Shown here: piece by piece, positions 36,913-50,431 of the stretch | Numbering within the stretch: the first letter of the stretch is position 1 | Layout: the number at the start of each line of letters is the position of its first letter | Assembly (NCBI RefSeq): GCF_018350175.1 | Contig: NC_058368.1 | Location: forward strand, 16,618,001-16,682,000 | Length of the DNA: 64,000 nucleotides | Direction of reading: 5' to 3' | Source of the DNA: Felis catus | Taxonomy: Eukaryota | Notes under the pieces: model-generated | What the model saw: the letters and a program-made list of their open reading frames with translations, nothing else | Database searches by the model: none | What the model was told of the DNA's origin: nothing | Position numbers and translations under genes: made by a program

Positions 36913-38409
36913 TACATAATTCAATGCAGTTCTTTCTGAATCTTTTATAGCCTTTATCATCTACATTAAGGCGTTTACAGTATGGTAGACTTAAAGCTAA
37001 GAACTTACGAAAGAGAACATTTAGACCTTAATTTTACCTCTAAGTCCTTATCCTACAGTTTTCCATATTCATAGCAATGTGAATTTAAAAGTCATATTCA
37101 TATTCATATTCATAGCAATGTGAGTTTAAAAGACTTATGAAAAGCATAATTGTTTAAAAATTATAAGACATTAAATGGCATTCAGATAAGAGGTACTAGT
37201 TCTAAGAAAGATTTTTAAAAAATAAAAGGATACGCAAAACCCAGGTTTTATGTACATACCTCATGTCATGCCATATGAGGTATTTACAAAATAAAAATGG
37301 GACAATGGCATGGGCATTGAAGATCAATAGGCCACCTTCTCAATTTCATTTGATGGAATTACCATTGAAATGTACAAGTATAATCTGATTATGGCCTAGA
37401 AAGTTCTGACATTGAGACTTACAACATAAATCAAATAGATTTTCTGGCCTTGTTTTATTCTTTAGTCCATTTCAATTCTATTCTGAAACTCCTTATTGAC
37501 AAAGAAACTTTGGCTAAAAGTTGATATTTTGACTAAAAGTGCATGAATCTGGCTTTAGGAAGACCACCTTCATCACACAGATAGGGTGGAAATCTTCCAC
37601 ACTGAAAGTAAAATTTTATAGTATGATTACACTTGTTCATTTCTTTAAACAATGGAAATAAAAACATATTTCATTGTTTTTAAACATTAAACAGTGTGAA
37701 GTTTCTAGTTCGCTTTCAGATTGTGGATCATTTTAAGATAGTCTCAAATCACGTCTGCTTTTATTGCTTTTCGTTTATAGCGTTTGAATCTTTAGTGTTT
37801 AAGGGGGACTCAATAATTGTTAAGGTCATATTTAAAAGAAAATTGAAGCTTTTCTTGACAATACTTCAAAGTCTCTATTCATTTAACACTAGAAATAACT
37901 CAGTAAGCTTCTCAGGGTGACTTATTTGGGAATAGAATTAATGGGAATCCAATAATACAAAATGATTACATAGACCAGAAGAACCAGAATGAAAATGGAA
38001 AAACCTTTATGTAATTGCTTATCTTAATTTTATCTTTCTCCCTCTCCAAGAGTTTTATGGTCCTTTCCTAATCTGAAATAATTTCCCCTGAGGCCCTTGA
38101 ATGTAATGAGTTTTAACTTAGTAACTGATAATTATAAACTACTCAGCCTCACTTTTTATTTTTTTATTGAATTATTGCTGCTTTCAGGCCATTTGATACA
38201 ATTTTCATTTCTATCCGTAAGTTGCTTTATTTATAGCAAAAGCAACTAATAGCACGGAGTGTCTTACAAAGGCTTATTGACCTTGAAACTTCCCATCATT
38301 TGTTAATTCCATCTTTCCACTTTGCAGAAAGTGGACATATGCAATTCTGTGTGATTACATGGGATAAGTCTCCGCTCTGTTATATATCCTATCCAAGTTG
38401 ATGTTGACA

Positions 38410-38655
38410 GTCTAATTTTCTTGAGCTCTTATCATATGTCAGATGCTGTGTGATGTACCTTTCATATGTTGCTCCCTAGTGTTACAAATGCAATGGGGTC
38501 ATATTCGTACAGTACCCATTTTGAATATGTAGTAACTGAGAGCCAGGACAATTAAGTAATTCATTTAAGGACACACGTTTATTAATCAATATGGATTAAA
38601 AATGTGGATTTGAGCAGGCATGCTTGATTCCAGAGCCATTGTGCTACCTACCATT
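38410..38655 (-). mobile_element. MIR
   Basis: 'cccattttgaatatgtagtaactgagagccagg...ttaagtaatt...ggatttgagcaggc...ttccagagcc'. Confidence 0.7.
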
Positions 38656-39629
38656 ATGGTATGCTGCCCTGCATCTAACTAAAACTATTTAGTTGTAACC
38701 AAACTCAGTTGTATCCAAAGAAGTTAATTCCATTCTGAATTTGATATTGTTTTGATGGTCCAACCGTTAGCAACATTAAACTTCCTATCAGCATCCTCTC
38801 AAAAAATAATAAAATAAATAACAATGAGAACTTCAATCAAAAACTTATTTATGATTTAACCCATAGAGTATAGTATTATTAGGTTTATGTAATAATTGTG
38901 AAGGTAATTCACCAAGTATGGAGCATATTTAATAGTAGTGATCTCTTTCCTGGCCTCTTCTCTGTGTCCTGGGAGTCATATTCTTATATCTTCTGTGTTT
39001 TCATATGTATTTTGGGGTCTAGCAGTCAATAAATAATAAAAGTTACACCCCATGCTGATCTGGCTTGGCCCCCATGAACTTCTCTGGGATTCTATCCCTG
39101 CACTATTCTTGCAGAAATAAGGATTTCAACAGAGATTTTTGGTAAAGTGATGTGTATATTGTTTTGCTTCTGGGAGTGAGATTTAGAACATGAGGGAATG
39201 ATCAAAACAATCAGATGTAGAGGTACCAATAGAAATAAACAGGAATGCACTATCAGTGTGGGTTAAGATTCTAATCTGCCAGGGGAAAGGGTATTAAAGT
39301 GGGGGAATATCTCCATGGGGACCAGTTTAGAATATCCTTTTGGTCTTTTTTTTTTTTTTTAATCAAATTGCATTTCTAAAAATTCTTCTCATCTCATTCT
39401 TACCCTGCCTAGACTCACACATAGATTCTCATATCACCAAGATGCCCAGCTCCCACCCTGGATAGAGTATTTTCCCCAGCAGGAAATCATGCCATATAAT
39501 TAGAAGTGTTTTTGATGGGACTACCTATCAGGTGAAAGGGGCAAATACTAAGCCATTATAGAAAATCATCCACAGATTATCAAGCCTGAGGGACAGAGTT
39601 GCTGAATTGAATGTTAAGGGCACCGACTA

Positions 39630-39835
39630 GAGTGACAGTATTATGGGTAAGTACACAGATTTTATATGGACTTGGGTGAGTCACAAAATCTGTAAGTCTC
39701 TGTTTCCTTATCTAGGAGATGAGTAATTATAACAACATCAAGCTCATAAGGACATTGTAAGGTGTAAGTAAGGTTATTGTCAAGAGCATTAGGCACAACA
39801 TTGGGCACACTCTAAGTACTAAATGAATGATGTAT
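39630..39835 (+). mobile_element. MIR
   Basis: 'cttgggtgagtcac...tctctgtttccttatct...ttgtaagg...ggcacaacattgggcacactctaagtactaaat'. Confidence 0.7.
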
Positions 39836-40584
39836 TACTGCAGGGAGCACTGATTGGCCCAGAAGAGAATGATACGGAGCCCTCTTTCCTCTAAACCTCC
39901 CCTTGTGTGGCTTTCTTTCATGAGGTATATGCAGTAATAGAGAATTTAAACAGTGCAAAACATTTAACCTGGATATATAATCTGCATTTTGAATATTTGG
40001 GATTACTCTTCCTCTGTTCCTATTACTCTGTTGAGCCTGATTGTATTCAGTCTGAGGAAGAGGGAAGGGGGAGATACTCACTGCTCAGAAGAGTGGATAA
40101 TGTAATGTGTGTACAGTGAGGCTATGCCAAGTAAAGTGGGCTCATTTCTAAAAACAGACATCTGAAACCTCTATGAAAGCAATGAAATGAGTTCCAATGA
40201 TAAAGTTACAGAAGTGGCAGGTGGTAGGGTTCTTTCTGAACAGCTGTTTTAGAATCCTGGATAGGTTATTTTGGCAACTCTGATGGTAGTTCCACCCATC
40301 TTTACTTAAATTCTATTTCCAAATATGTAAATGTGTAAGGAGATAAACTGAATTCAAGTTTATATTTAATTACCTTGTATTATTTCCTTACAAAAGGAGA
40401 CATTTGTAAGATCCAAGGGAAGTAACTTACGCATTTTCAGCAGAATTATTTCCATGCTGTTGTGTCTTACTTTTAGTTTAATGCGCTAATACACTTTCCT
40501 TCTAAAGATGTCATTCTAGATATCTCCTGGATGCACATAGCTAATGATGCTGGATTTCCATTCAGTTTCTATACTTAACAATGA

Positions 40585-41100
40585 GGGCAAATATCACCAA
40601 AAGATATGTCCAAATATGTTTATTTCACCATTATCTTTAATAGCCCAAACTGGAAAATATCCAAATGCCCATCAACATTATTATGAAAAATAACATGAAA
40701 TATTCATAAATGAACACCTAAACATCAATAAACTAGCTACAGTTGCATTCAGCCACGTGAATGATTCTCACATATTATTGAGCAAAAGAAACCAAAAACA
40801 AACCAACAAAAGACTGCATTATTCCAGTTGTAAAAATCTCTCAAAACTGGCAAGACTATACTGTTACACTTAGGAATGCTTGCAGAAGAGGAAAAATATA
40901 AAGAAAGAAAAGAAAGTAATTACCATAAAAATAATATAATGGTTAGCTTTGTGTAGGAGAATCTATGTAGGGGCTTTTTGGGGTCCTAGAAATATTTCAC
41001 TCTTTCAACTTTCCGTGATTACATAGTATGTTGCTTTTGCTAAATCATGAAGCTATGCATTTTTGTCTATTTTGTCTATTTATCTATTCAATTTTATTAT
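40585..41100 (+). mobile_element. Old L1 (L1ME-like) 3' end
   Basis: 'taatagcccaaactggaaaatatccaaatgcccatcaac...tgaatgattctcacatattattgagcaaaagaa'. Confidence 0.8.
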
Positions 41101-41120
41101 GGAATCTTTTTCCACCTTTT

Positions 41121-41340
41121 ACTTTTTTTTTTCACTGTATATTTTATTTTTGAGAGAGAGGGAGAAAGACAGAGCAAGAGTGGGGGAGGGCAGAGAGAGA
41201 AAGAGACACAGAATCTGAAGCAGGCTCCAGGCTCTGAGCTGTCAGCACAGAGCCTGATGTAGGGCTTGAACCCATGGATCATGAGATCGTGACCTGAGCC
41301 GAAGTTGGATGCTTAACCGACTGAGCCACCAAGGCACCCC
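41121..41340 (-). mobile_element. CAN-SINE (felid type)
   Basis: Full body; degenerate TSD tctttttccaccttt / tctttccatcttt. Confidence 0.93.
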
Positions 41341-41745
41341 TCTTTCCATCTTTAGAGGGGTTTTAAAAAGTTTCCTGGATTTTGTGTTCATTCCTCCAAA
41401 GAAGTGACTTTATTCTTATCCTTGAGATATTGGCCCTGGTATATCCTTATAAAACGAAGACCAAAAAAGCTTATATTTCTTGCTGAGAAACACAAGTCCG
41501 AGGGAACTCAACAATGTTTTCTAGTCTAGTAACCACTAAACTGCTTCATACCTTTCTAGTGTCATCTTTAAATCAATGAACTTCTGGTACATATTTCTCT
41601 TTTATACATCTCTAGCTTGGCTTTCAAAACTTTGATCTTCTTGAAAACCACCTTCAAGTACTCCTTAATTACTACTAAAGTTTATTCTTTTTAATTTCCA
41701 GAGATAAAACTTTTTCTGAGCCAAAATTCTCAGTTCATTTAAAGC

Positions 41746-41948
41746 AGGGGGCAGCAACCTTTTTGTATAAAGAAACAGAGTAAAATTTTAGACTTTGTAT
41801 ATGATTATTCAACTCCAACCCTGTAGTGTGAAAGTAGCCACAGAAAATACATAACTGAATAAAAGCCACGTTCCAATAAAACTTTATTTACAAAAGCAAA
41901 CAGTGGGCCTGAATTGGTCTGCAACCTGTATACAGTTTTTGATCCCTA
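41746..41948. mobile_element. MER58A (hAT-Charlie) relic
   Basis: caggggg...gatccct termini and hallmark 'gttccaataaaactttatttacaaaa...cagtgggcc'. Confidence 0.85.
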
Positions 41949-42139
41949 ATTTTGAAAACATCCTGAAATTTTCCTTTCTTAATACTTCTGTCTGGTTCTA
42001 TGTAAGCATAATTCCTTAAAATAAGGTTTCATTGTCATAAGCTTTTTTAATGTATATTTTGGACCTTCAGACTCAGTATAATTGCATTCAGGCTTCTTTC
42101 TGTCATCTACCAAAATGGGGGTTCTACCTCCTGATTTCA

Positions 42140-42545
42140 TTAGGGCTTATTAAACTTACATAACAGAGTTTCCCCAAAACAGTGGCTAACAGAATCTTGA
42201 AACTCATTACACTTTCTCATAAAAGTCTGAGTTGAGTGTTTGAGGAGGGTAGACATCACACTGTCCTTCAGAAACCCATGCAAGCTCTGGGTGTTACCTC
42301 ACTGGTGGTGTCAGAGGATGCTGTGGTAGTTTCCATTCCAGCCAGGAGAGAAGGTGAAAGCGTGTATGGGGTAGGCACACTCACGCTCTTACCTTGTACC
42401 AGGGATGGCACATATCCTTCATGCTCATATTCCATGGGAGATAGCTTAGTCACATAACCACCAACTGTAGTGTGTCCACGTTCCCAGCTATAAACGAAAA
42501 ATTAGACGACCGATTTCAGTGGGCAGTAGCAATCCCTGCCATCTC
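42140..42545. mobile_element. MaLR (MLT1-like) LTR remnant
   Basis: 'ataacagag...ccccaaaacagtggctaac...ccattccagccaggagag...ctcatattccatgggagatagcttagtcacata'. Confidence 0.6.
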
Positions 42546-44329
42546 CAATGTTAGAACTGTCCCTATTTCCTTTTGTGTGACAATAAAGCCTACCACATTT
42601 TTTACGGGATAAAATTGTAACCTGGACCTTTAAAATTGATAGGCACGACTAGCACTTGGTGAAGGGAAGGGAATCGGAAAAGATATAACAGCTAGGAGCA
42701 CGAGTTAGGCTAGCCTTGACCCTCACATATCCTTAGGATGTAAAGGCCAGAAAGGCTTATATTTCTGGCTGAGAAACACAATAGAAGGGCAACTCTACTC
42801 CGTTTGGCAACAAGTGGACCACCAACATCCGAAAACTGTTCTAAGGTAGATATTAATGTGAAATTAAAAAAAAAAACACACAAACATATACAGTTTGAAA
42901 CTAAATGCATAAGTCCATCTAACACTGGCCCCATCAAAAACTCCAGGCATGTAAATTTGATCCCCAAATGCTCTGTAATCTCTAATCAGTTGTCAGGGAC
43001 GCGCTTAGTCATTAAGGCCAGTGTTCAGAGAAAGAGCTCGGTGTGGAGCAGAAAGAGTGTAGGCACGTTGGAAGGTACCGAAACATGGCATCTCTGCCAG
43101 TGCATGGAAGCATAATGACCTTCAGAGAATAATGACCGTGGCTTCACTTACTCCCTTTGCATCTCTTTTGGTCACTTCTGATCTACAGCCTTATAGAGAA
43201 GCACACTCCTGTCACTAAAGTCTCAGTCTAACCAAGCTGAAAGGTACAAATCCTCACAGATGTGAACATGCCTAGCAGATTTTTTAAAATAAAGGAGATA
43301 TTTGCATTGTTTTCTCTACACTTTAACTGCTTCCTTTCTAACCTAGGAGAAGTTTTACAAGCCTGTTTTACAAGATTTTTAGAAGACGTGGATTACAGTT
43401 GTCATTCTATCACTAACAGGATCAGCATCCTTAGAGAGATGCTTAGTTTATCTGTAAGGTAAAAAAACTTATTCGAAAAATGAGGGGGTGGGAATGATTG
43501 ATTTTTAGGATTTCGTCTTGCTCTTTGCTTCTAATCATACATGTGAAGTGGTTTTTTTTTTTCTTTTGAGTGAGATTTTCACAGAGCTCAATTCTTAATA
43601 ATAGAAACCTAGCGATTTTTTCTAAATGTTATTCCATTTAGAAAGTCTCTCCCATCATAAACACAATATAATTCTACTTTCAAAAGCAGGGAGTCATGTT
43701 CAAATACAACTTTGATCTGCCTTCCCATTAGATATACATAATAGAGTAATTGAAAAAAAGACAGAAATGTAGTACATTATTGGGCGTCAATTAAATTTCA
43801 GAGCTGGAATGAGTACACAGGGAAATAGGCAACCACAGTTTAATGCATTTAAAATTACGGACGTTGTTAGTGTTGTACATTAACAAAGCATAAATGAACT
43901 GTCTCATGCCATTAGCTTTTAAAAACCACTTCAAATGCATTTATACTCAAAATCCAAATACATGATTTTAAACAAGAAATCGTGTCTGTTTTGTGGCTTT
44001 TAATATGAACTAATATGAATATATCCTCTGCGTCTCATTTTCACATTGCAAAAAATGGCATAGTGTATATAAAACACTCAATATACATACTATCATTTTG
44101 CTTCAACCAAAATTGAAAAAAAACTGTGTACTTATGGATTTGACTATTTTTTCTAGGTTGAATATTAGAGTACTAATTTAGATCTTCTTGAATCATATCT
44201 TCTACGTTAACCATTTTTTTTTAAATTAACAAGTACAAAAATAGAGTTTACGTTGGATTGCACTCCCTTGACCATCTTTTTCTGATCATTTCTTCCGTGT
44301 TTGAATTAGTCAAGCCATGACATGGTTCT

Positions 44330-44522
44330 AAGCTGAGGTCTTTGTATCCCAAACTTTTTATTCTAAACTACCTGAAGCTTATGTTAACAAATTCACATTG
44401 CCTTGGCCCTACCTCTGCTGTTCTTTATGATCTTCTGTTCGGATAGAACCTGATCATCTGAACTGTGAACAAGCTTCTGAGATGATGCTGATACACACCC
44501 AAAATTGTGAACCTGCTACTTG
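44330..44522. mobile_element. MER5A-like relic
   Basis: 'aacaagcttctgagatgatgctgatacacacccaaaattgtgaacctgct'. Confidence 0.6.
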
Positions 44523-44637
44523 AATATTTCCAAGTACAGCTGTATTTGACTAAATAATGATGAAAAACACTTTATTATATGTAAGTGATGAATCACTGGG
44601 TTCTACTCCTGAAGCCAAGACTATGTTAACTCACTTG

Positions 44638-44639
44638 AG

Positions 44640-44676
<37 letters not shown>

Positions 44677-44703
44677 GATAGATAGATGATAGATAGGTAG
44701 ATA
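44638..44703 (+). repeat. (GATA)n microsatellite
   Basis: Tandem agat/gata units. Confidence 0.95.
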
Positions 44704-45476
44704 AAATGAAAAAAAAACCCCACACTTTAAATACACACCTTCCCCATTTCCAATTCCGTTGTCCCTATCAGTCTCTCTCCTTATAATGCTTGATTGGTTT
44801 GGCCTCTCACTAGTTCTTTCCTGGGCTGTCATGGAAATCTTCCTAATTACCCTGTTACTTTCCTCCCCCCTCCATTTCTCCCCATACGCTCATCTGTCAT
44901 TATACCAGTGTCCATTTTTCTCAAATGTAAGTCTCCATCACATGATACTTTTCAAAATCAAGCCCCAAATCTATCTAGATCTCTATGGTTCTTTATGCCA
45001 ATGGAAAAACTATTGATAAAGTGTTCATCCCTATGGTTCCTTTGTGACTCCATAATCACCCAGATCAAAAGGACTTCTGGACTGTAAGTTTAAGAAAAAT
45101 ATGGCCACATTGTTAATTCTAGCTGCTTTGTCCTTCAGAGCCACCATCCATAAGTTAACTCCTACTCTTTCCAACGAAGTAACTCCTCTTTCTGTGGCAC
45201 TGTACTTTGCTTTTGCTACTTTCTTCCCCCTTTGGGCCTACAAGATACCCTGGCCTCTGGCCTGTAATACTTAACTCCTCTTTGTTGGGCTTCTCCTCAC
45301 ACATAAGCATGGCTAATTCCTATCAACCAGATTTTACTCCTTCCAAAAAGCCTGCGGGGATCACGCACCCCTAAATGCCCAGCAGCAGCTAGTACTTCCC
45401 CTGTTGACAACAGATGCCCTATTTTATAACTGCCAAGTCACCTGCTAGTTTGAGCTTCTAAACTGGTGATTTTCAG

Positions 45477-45679
45477 TGCACTTGGGTGGCTCAGTTGTTT
45501 GGGCCTCCGACTCTTGATCTCGGCTCACGTTATGATCTCACGATGCATGGGATCAAAACCTGCGGTGTTGTGCACCAACAGTGTGGAGCCTGCTTAGGAT
45601 TCTCTCTCTCCCCCTCTGCTACTCAAACGCTCTCTCTTTCTCTCTCCCTCAAAATAAATAAACAAGTATTTACAAAAAC
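45477..45679 (+). mobile_element. CAN-SINE, older
   Basis: Perfect TSD aaactggtgattttcagt at 45460-45477 and 45680-45697. Confidence 0.92.
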
Positions 45680-45694
45680 AAACTGGTGATTTTC

Positions 45695-45905
45695 AGTTTT
45701 TCAGCACTGTTGACATTTTAAGCTTGATTCTTAGAGATTCTTAAGATGATTGTTAGAGACAGCAGAGGGGTAGCTGTCTCAAGCCTTTATCCACTAGATG
45801 CTGGTAGCACTCCCCTCCATCTCCAGTTGTGACATTCAGATAAGTTGTCACTTACTGCCAAATGTCCCTGGGGAGAAAAATTGACCCTGGTTGGGAATCA
45901 CTGTT
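45695..45905 (-). mobile_element. MER20 relic
   Basis: 'cactgttgacatttt...ccactagatgctggtagcac...ccagttgtgaca...tgccaaatgtccctgggg...ggttgggaatcactg'. Confidence 0.85.
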
Positions 45906-46519
45906 CTAGATAAGTAGATGTCAATCTTGGTTGCTAATTAGAATTTCCTGGGGAATTAAAAAAAAAAAATCTATGTCTGGCTGTTACTCAAGAGATTCTG
46001 TTTTAATTAGTTTAGTTTGAGATGAAACTTAATCAGAATTCAAAATAAAGAATTTTAAAAAAGGGGATAAAAACTTGACACTTAGCTTATATTAGTCACA
46101 GAAGGAAGGGCTCTATCGTACTTATGGAATATTACCAGCGTGTAATAAAACCTAACACTTTTTTTTGGCAGTTACTAGATAGTTTGCAATGATGAACTGC
46201 ATGAATAAATGAATTCAGCTATCTGTGCTTCTTTATATTATTAGACATGATTCTACATTTTGTTGTAGTTCTCTATTTACTTGTTTATCTCTGCATAATG
46301 CATTCCTTGAAGGAATTTCCATTCTAACATAGTACTTGGTGTATACTTGACAATCAATAAGCACTTTTGAAAGGATGCAGTAGGAAATGAATAAACAGCT
46401 AAAGGAACAGCTTTTCATACCTACCTCATTCTTATTGTGCCAGAAGCTGCTGGTTTACAGTTTTCTGTTATCATTAAATTCTGCCAATCCAACTGCCATT
46501 CTCACTTTTTTCTCAAGCA

Positions 46520-46945
46520 AAAATATTCTGAGGCTCTTAGAGAAGAAATGTTGAAGCTCAAACACTGATTCCCCACCCTTTCTGTAGCTGGGTATAGCCA
46601 CGAGAATACATCTGGCCAGTGATGTAAGAAGAAATCATTGAATGGGATTTCTGGAGAAGTTCATCAAAAGGGGGAAAGAAAATGACACATCTCTTTCTAT
46701 CTTCCCGTTCTTCATTTCTTCCTCCCTAATACAGATGGTTGAAGCTCCAAATTCTATCTTGCACTACAAGGTGACTCATATAATGAAAGCCATTTGCCCA
46801 AGGTGAGGAGCAAAAAACATAAAAATCATGTGTTAACATACCAGCCCTGAACTGTACACCTCTGCATCCTTAGATTTAATTGAGAGAAAATAAAATTCAG
46901 TCTTGTTTCTGATCTTTGTTACTAGTAGCTTAAATACACTTAACC
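46520..46945. mobile_element. MaLR (MLT1-like) LTR remnant
   Basis: 'tgtagctgggtatagcca...tctggccagtgatgtaagaagaa...gggatttctggagaag...ccagccctgaactg...tgagagaaaataaa'. Confidence 0.65.
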
Positions 46946-48286
46946 CCTGCAATAGTCAATAGAGCACATTCTGTTGAAAATCCTATTTTCTCTCTCTCTC
47001 CCTCATTATACTATGTACATTTCAAAGGAAGAAGGCATATATTTTATTTATGTCTCATTTTATCATAATGTGTACAAGGATGGATGTATCATCCTACAGT
47101 TTGGGTGTATGCATTTTGATCTGGCCTCTTATATTTAGTGTGTTCCTTTATGAAAATCGTGTCTAGAGAGTTCTTTCAGAATTCCAGAATGTGCCCTCAA
47201 ATACACGTGTAAACAATGTTCACCTGCTTCTAATGGGAATTTTCTTGCTGGGAACTTGCTGTTCATGTAAAAATGCTTCCTTTCAGAGACTGCATTAAGG
47301 ATTGTAAGCTACAAATATAAAAAATGACTGGCATGCTTGCTGTGAAGTAGTTGTTTTTAGAAAAATAAATCTTTTCCTTCCAGCAAGATTCAGCTATCTA
47401 AATTTACCCAAATGGAATGGAAATTGCCCTCTTAACTAATTACACACTTGGAAATGTTCACTTAGGGCTAATTGTCTATTGGCAATTACCTCCCCATCCA
47501 CCATCTTTAAGAGGTGAGGAAGTGATTGTGCAAAACCCCTTTGAATATTTCAATGGAGAAATTGTAAAAATACTGTAAGCTTTTGCTGAGAGATCTCTGA
47601 AATATTTATAGGCCTCAAATTTCTCCCTAATTGCTTTAAGATATGCATTTATTAACATGATCCCTCATTTCCTTTCCTCTCAGCAAACCAAAAAAAAAAA
47701 AAGTAATAAGAAGCTTTGTCAATTTATTTTCTTGTAAAATACCTTGCATTTTTCAACAACTGAAAAGAAAGCTAGACTCACCTGTATTCCTTCCACGTGT
47801 TTGTGTCTTATTTTCTCTCATGTAAGGCAAATGGGAAAAATATTACCCTACTGGGGAAAAATAAGAAACGTTTTGAGTTGAGAGATAATTTATGATGGCA
47901 GATCCATCACAAATACAGAAGTAATCATCTGAAAGGGACATTACTTAGTCTATAGAATGGTGACATGGATGGAAGCTACATTCCCACATTATAGTCATTG
48001 TCAAAAAAACAAAAGTAATGGAATATATTTAAACCCAGCTGTTTTAAACTAAATGAAAAGCAATTAATCCTGCAGCAGCTCTAAAATATCTGAAATATAA
48101 TTTTGTTATTGATTTAGTGAAACTATAGTAGAGACATTGCTCTAACGTTTACAAGGTTGGATAGAGTTGTTTGCCATTGGTATGGATATTACATTCTATT
48201 AGAGAAGTGCTTACCAGGCATTTCAGTTTATTGAAACAACATGGTCCTTGCTTTGGAAAATTATATACATTATATTCTCTTTTTTT

Positions 48287-48520
48287 ATTTTTATTTTTTT
48301 TTTTAATTTTTTTTTTCCAACGTTTATTTATTTTTGGGACAGAGAGAGACAGAGCATGAACGGGGGAGGGGCAGAGAGAGAGGGAGACACAGAATCAGAA
48401 ACAGGCTCCAGGCTCTGAGCCATCAGCCCAGAGCCTGACGCGGGGCTCGAACTCACGGACCGCGAGATCATGACCTGGCTGAAGTCGGACGCTTAACCGA
48501 CTGCGCCACCCAGGCGCCCC
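48287..48520 (-). mobile_element. Young SINEC_Fc-type CAN-SINE
   Basis: CpG-intact; TSD tatattctcttttttt at 48271-48286 and 48521-48536. Confidence 0.96.
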
Positions 48521-49289
48521 TATATTCTCTTTTTTTAAATGACTATAATTAATACTTTCTTGAATAGCTCCCCCCCCCACCCCAATGTTATGCCCAACGT
48601 GGCATAACACGTTGTCCTAGAAGGTACAAGTAGAGGAAGAAGGGACATGGCAAGGAGGGAATACAGATAGTGGGGAATTTAGAGACCAATGACTAAAAGT
48701 ATTTTAAGAAAGGAGTTGTCAATACTATAAAAAACTGCTAGGAAGTCAGGCAAAACAGGGAATAAATAGTGGACATGAGTTCTAGCGTTGGATGGGTAAT
48801 TGATAGCATGACGATGTATGTTGTAGTCCAGACTGGGACACCTTTAAGAATGGAACTTTAACATCAAGTTATAATGTAGAATATTGTTATCTCAACCCTT
48901 AAAATTAAAATAAGTCTCACTTTTCTTTAGAAGAAAAGTAATTATTTTCCTAACATTTTATTTTATAATTTGTATATTTTAAGTATTTAAAAGTACCAAA
49001 TATGAATAATTGCAATTCTCAACATTATATTGTGAAATGATAGCATACCTATGCTTTAAGATACCATGCTATAAGGGCCCAACCTTTAATGCATGTTCAT
49101 CACTCAAAAACTCAAAATTACATTTGTTGTTCTCACCATATTTCCTTTCTACACATTTTATTTTAAACATCAGAAAAAAGTGAATATTATATTTAAGCCT
49201 AAAACTGATTTATAAGTTGTGGCACTGTCTAAATTCATGCATATACATATTCATATACCTACACACATATGATTTGAATACATGTATAT

Positions 49290-49727
49290 GGGGCGTCTGG
49301 GTGGCTCAGTCAATGAGTGGCCTACTCTTGATTTCTGCTCAGGTCATGATCTCACGGTCGTGAGATCAATCCTCATACTGGGCTCTGTGCTGGGTGTGGA
49401 GCCTGCTTAAGAGTCTCTCCTTTTCCTTGGGGCGCGTGGGTGGCGCAGTCGGTTAAGCGTCCGACTTCAGCCAAGTCACGATCTCGCGGTCCGTGAGTTC
49501 GAGCCCGGCGTCGGGCTCTGGGCTGATGGCTCGGAGCCTGGAGCCTGTTTCCGACTCTGTGTCTCCCTCTCTCTCTGCCCCTCCCCGTTCATGCTCTGTC
49601 TCTCTCTGTCCCAAAAATAAACATTGAAAAAAAAAAAAAAGAGTCTCTCCTTTTCCTTCTGCATCTCCCCTGTTTGTGCTCTCTTTCAAAACAAAACAGA
49701 ATGAAACGAAACAAAACAAAACAAAAC
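49290..49727 (+). mobile_element. CAN-SINE, older, interrupted by a young SINE
   Basis: Head 49290-49428, resumes after 49639 with (CT)-rich part and (AAAAC)n tail. Confidence 0.9.
49429..49638 (+). mobile_element. Young SINEC_Fc-type CAN-SINE, nested
   Basis: Perfect 20-bp TSD aagagtctctccttttcctt at 49409-49428 and 49639-49658; TT/AAGA nick site. Confidence 0.96.
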
Positions 49728-49854
49728 CTATCCCTATCCCTATATCTATTATATGGACTCCAGCTACTGTGCAGTGTCCTTTCATTTCAACTTAAAGAGC
49801 TTGCTTTATTAATTTTTAGAATGGGTCTGCTAGGAGCGTTTAATTTTTCCCGCA

Positions 49855-50037
49855 TTTTTTTAAATGATTATTTTTGAGAAAAAGAGCATGAATGGGGGAG
49901 GGGCAGAGAGACAGGGGTCTGAAGTGGACTCTGTGCTGACAGCAGAGAGCTGGATGTGGGGCTCGAACTCATGAACGCTGAGATCACGACCTGAGCCCAA
50001 GTTGGATGCTTAACCAATTGAGCCACCCAGGTGCCCC
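49855..50037 (-). mobile_element. CAN-SINE
   Basis: Body and head 'gagccacccaggtgcccc'. Confidence 0.92.
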
Positions 50038-50431
50038 TCTCCTTCATTTTTGAAGGATCGTTTTATCAGATAGATAATTCTTATCTGACAGGTTTTTTTC
50101 TCTTAGCACTTTGGATAGGTTATGTCACTGACGTTGGGCCTCCATGAACTCTAAGAGAATCACTACTCTCATGCTGCCTTCAAGATTCTTTGACTTTAAA
50201 AGTGTGATTATAATGTTTCTCAGGATGGATGTCTTTGAGTGTATCCATCTGGAGTTGGTTGAGCTTCTGGGAAGTGTCGATTAACATTTCCTGACAATGT
50301 GGGAGTTTGCAGCCATTACTTCTTCAAGTATTCTAACTGTCCCATTCTCTATCTCCCTCCTTTTGGGGCTCCTCTGATGTGTATCTTGGTATGCTTGATG
50401 TCAGCCTTCCCTAGGTCTCTCAGGCTCGTTT

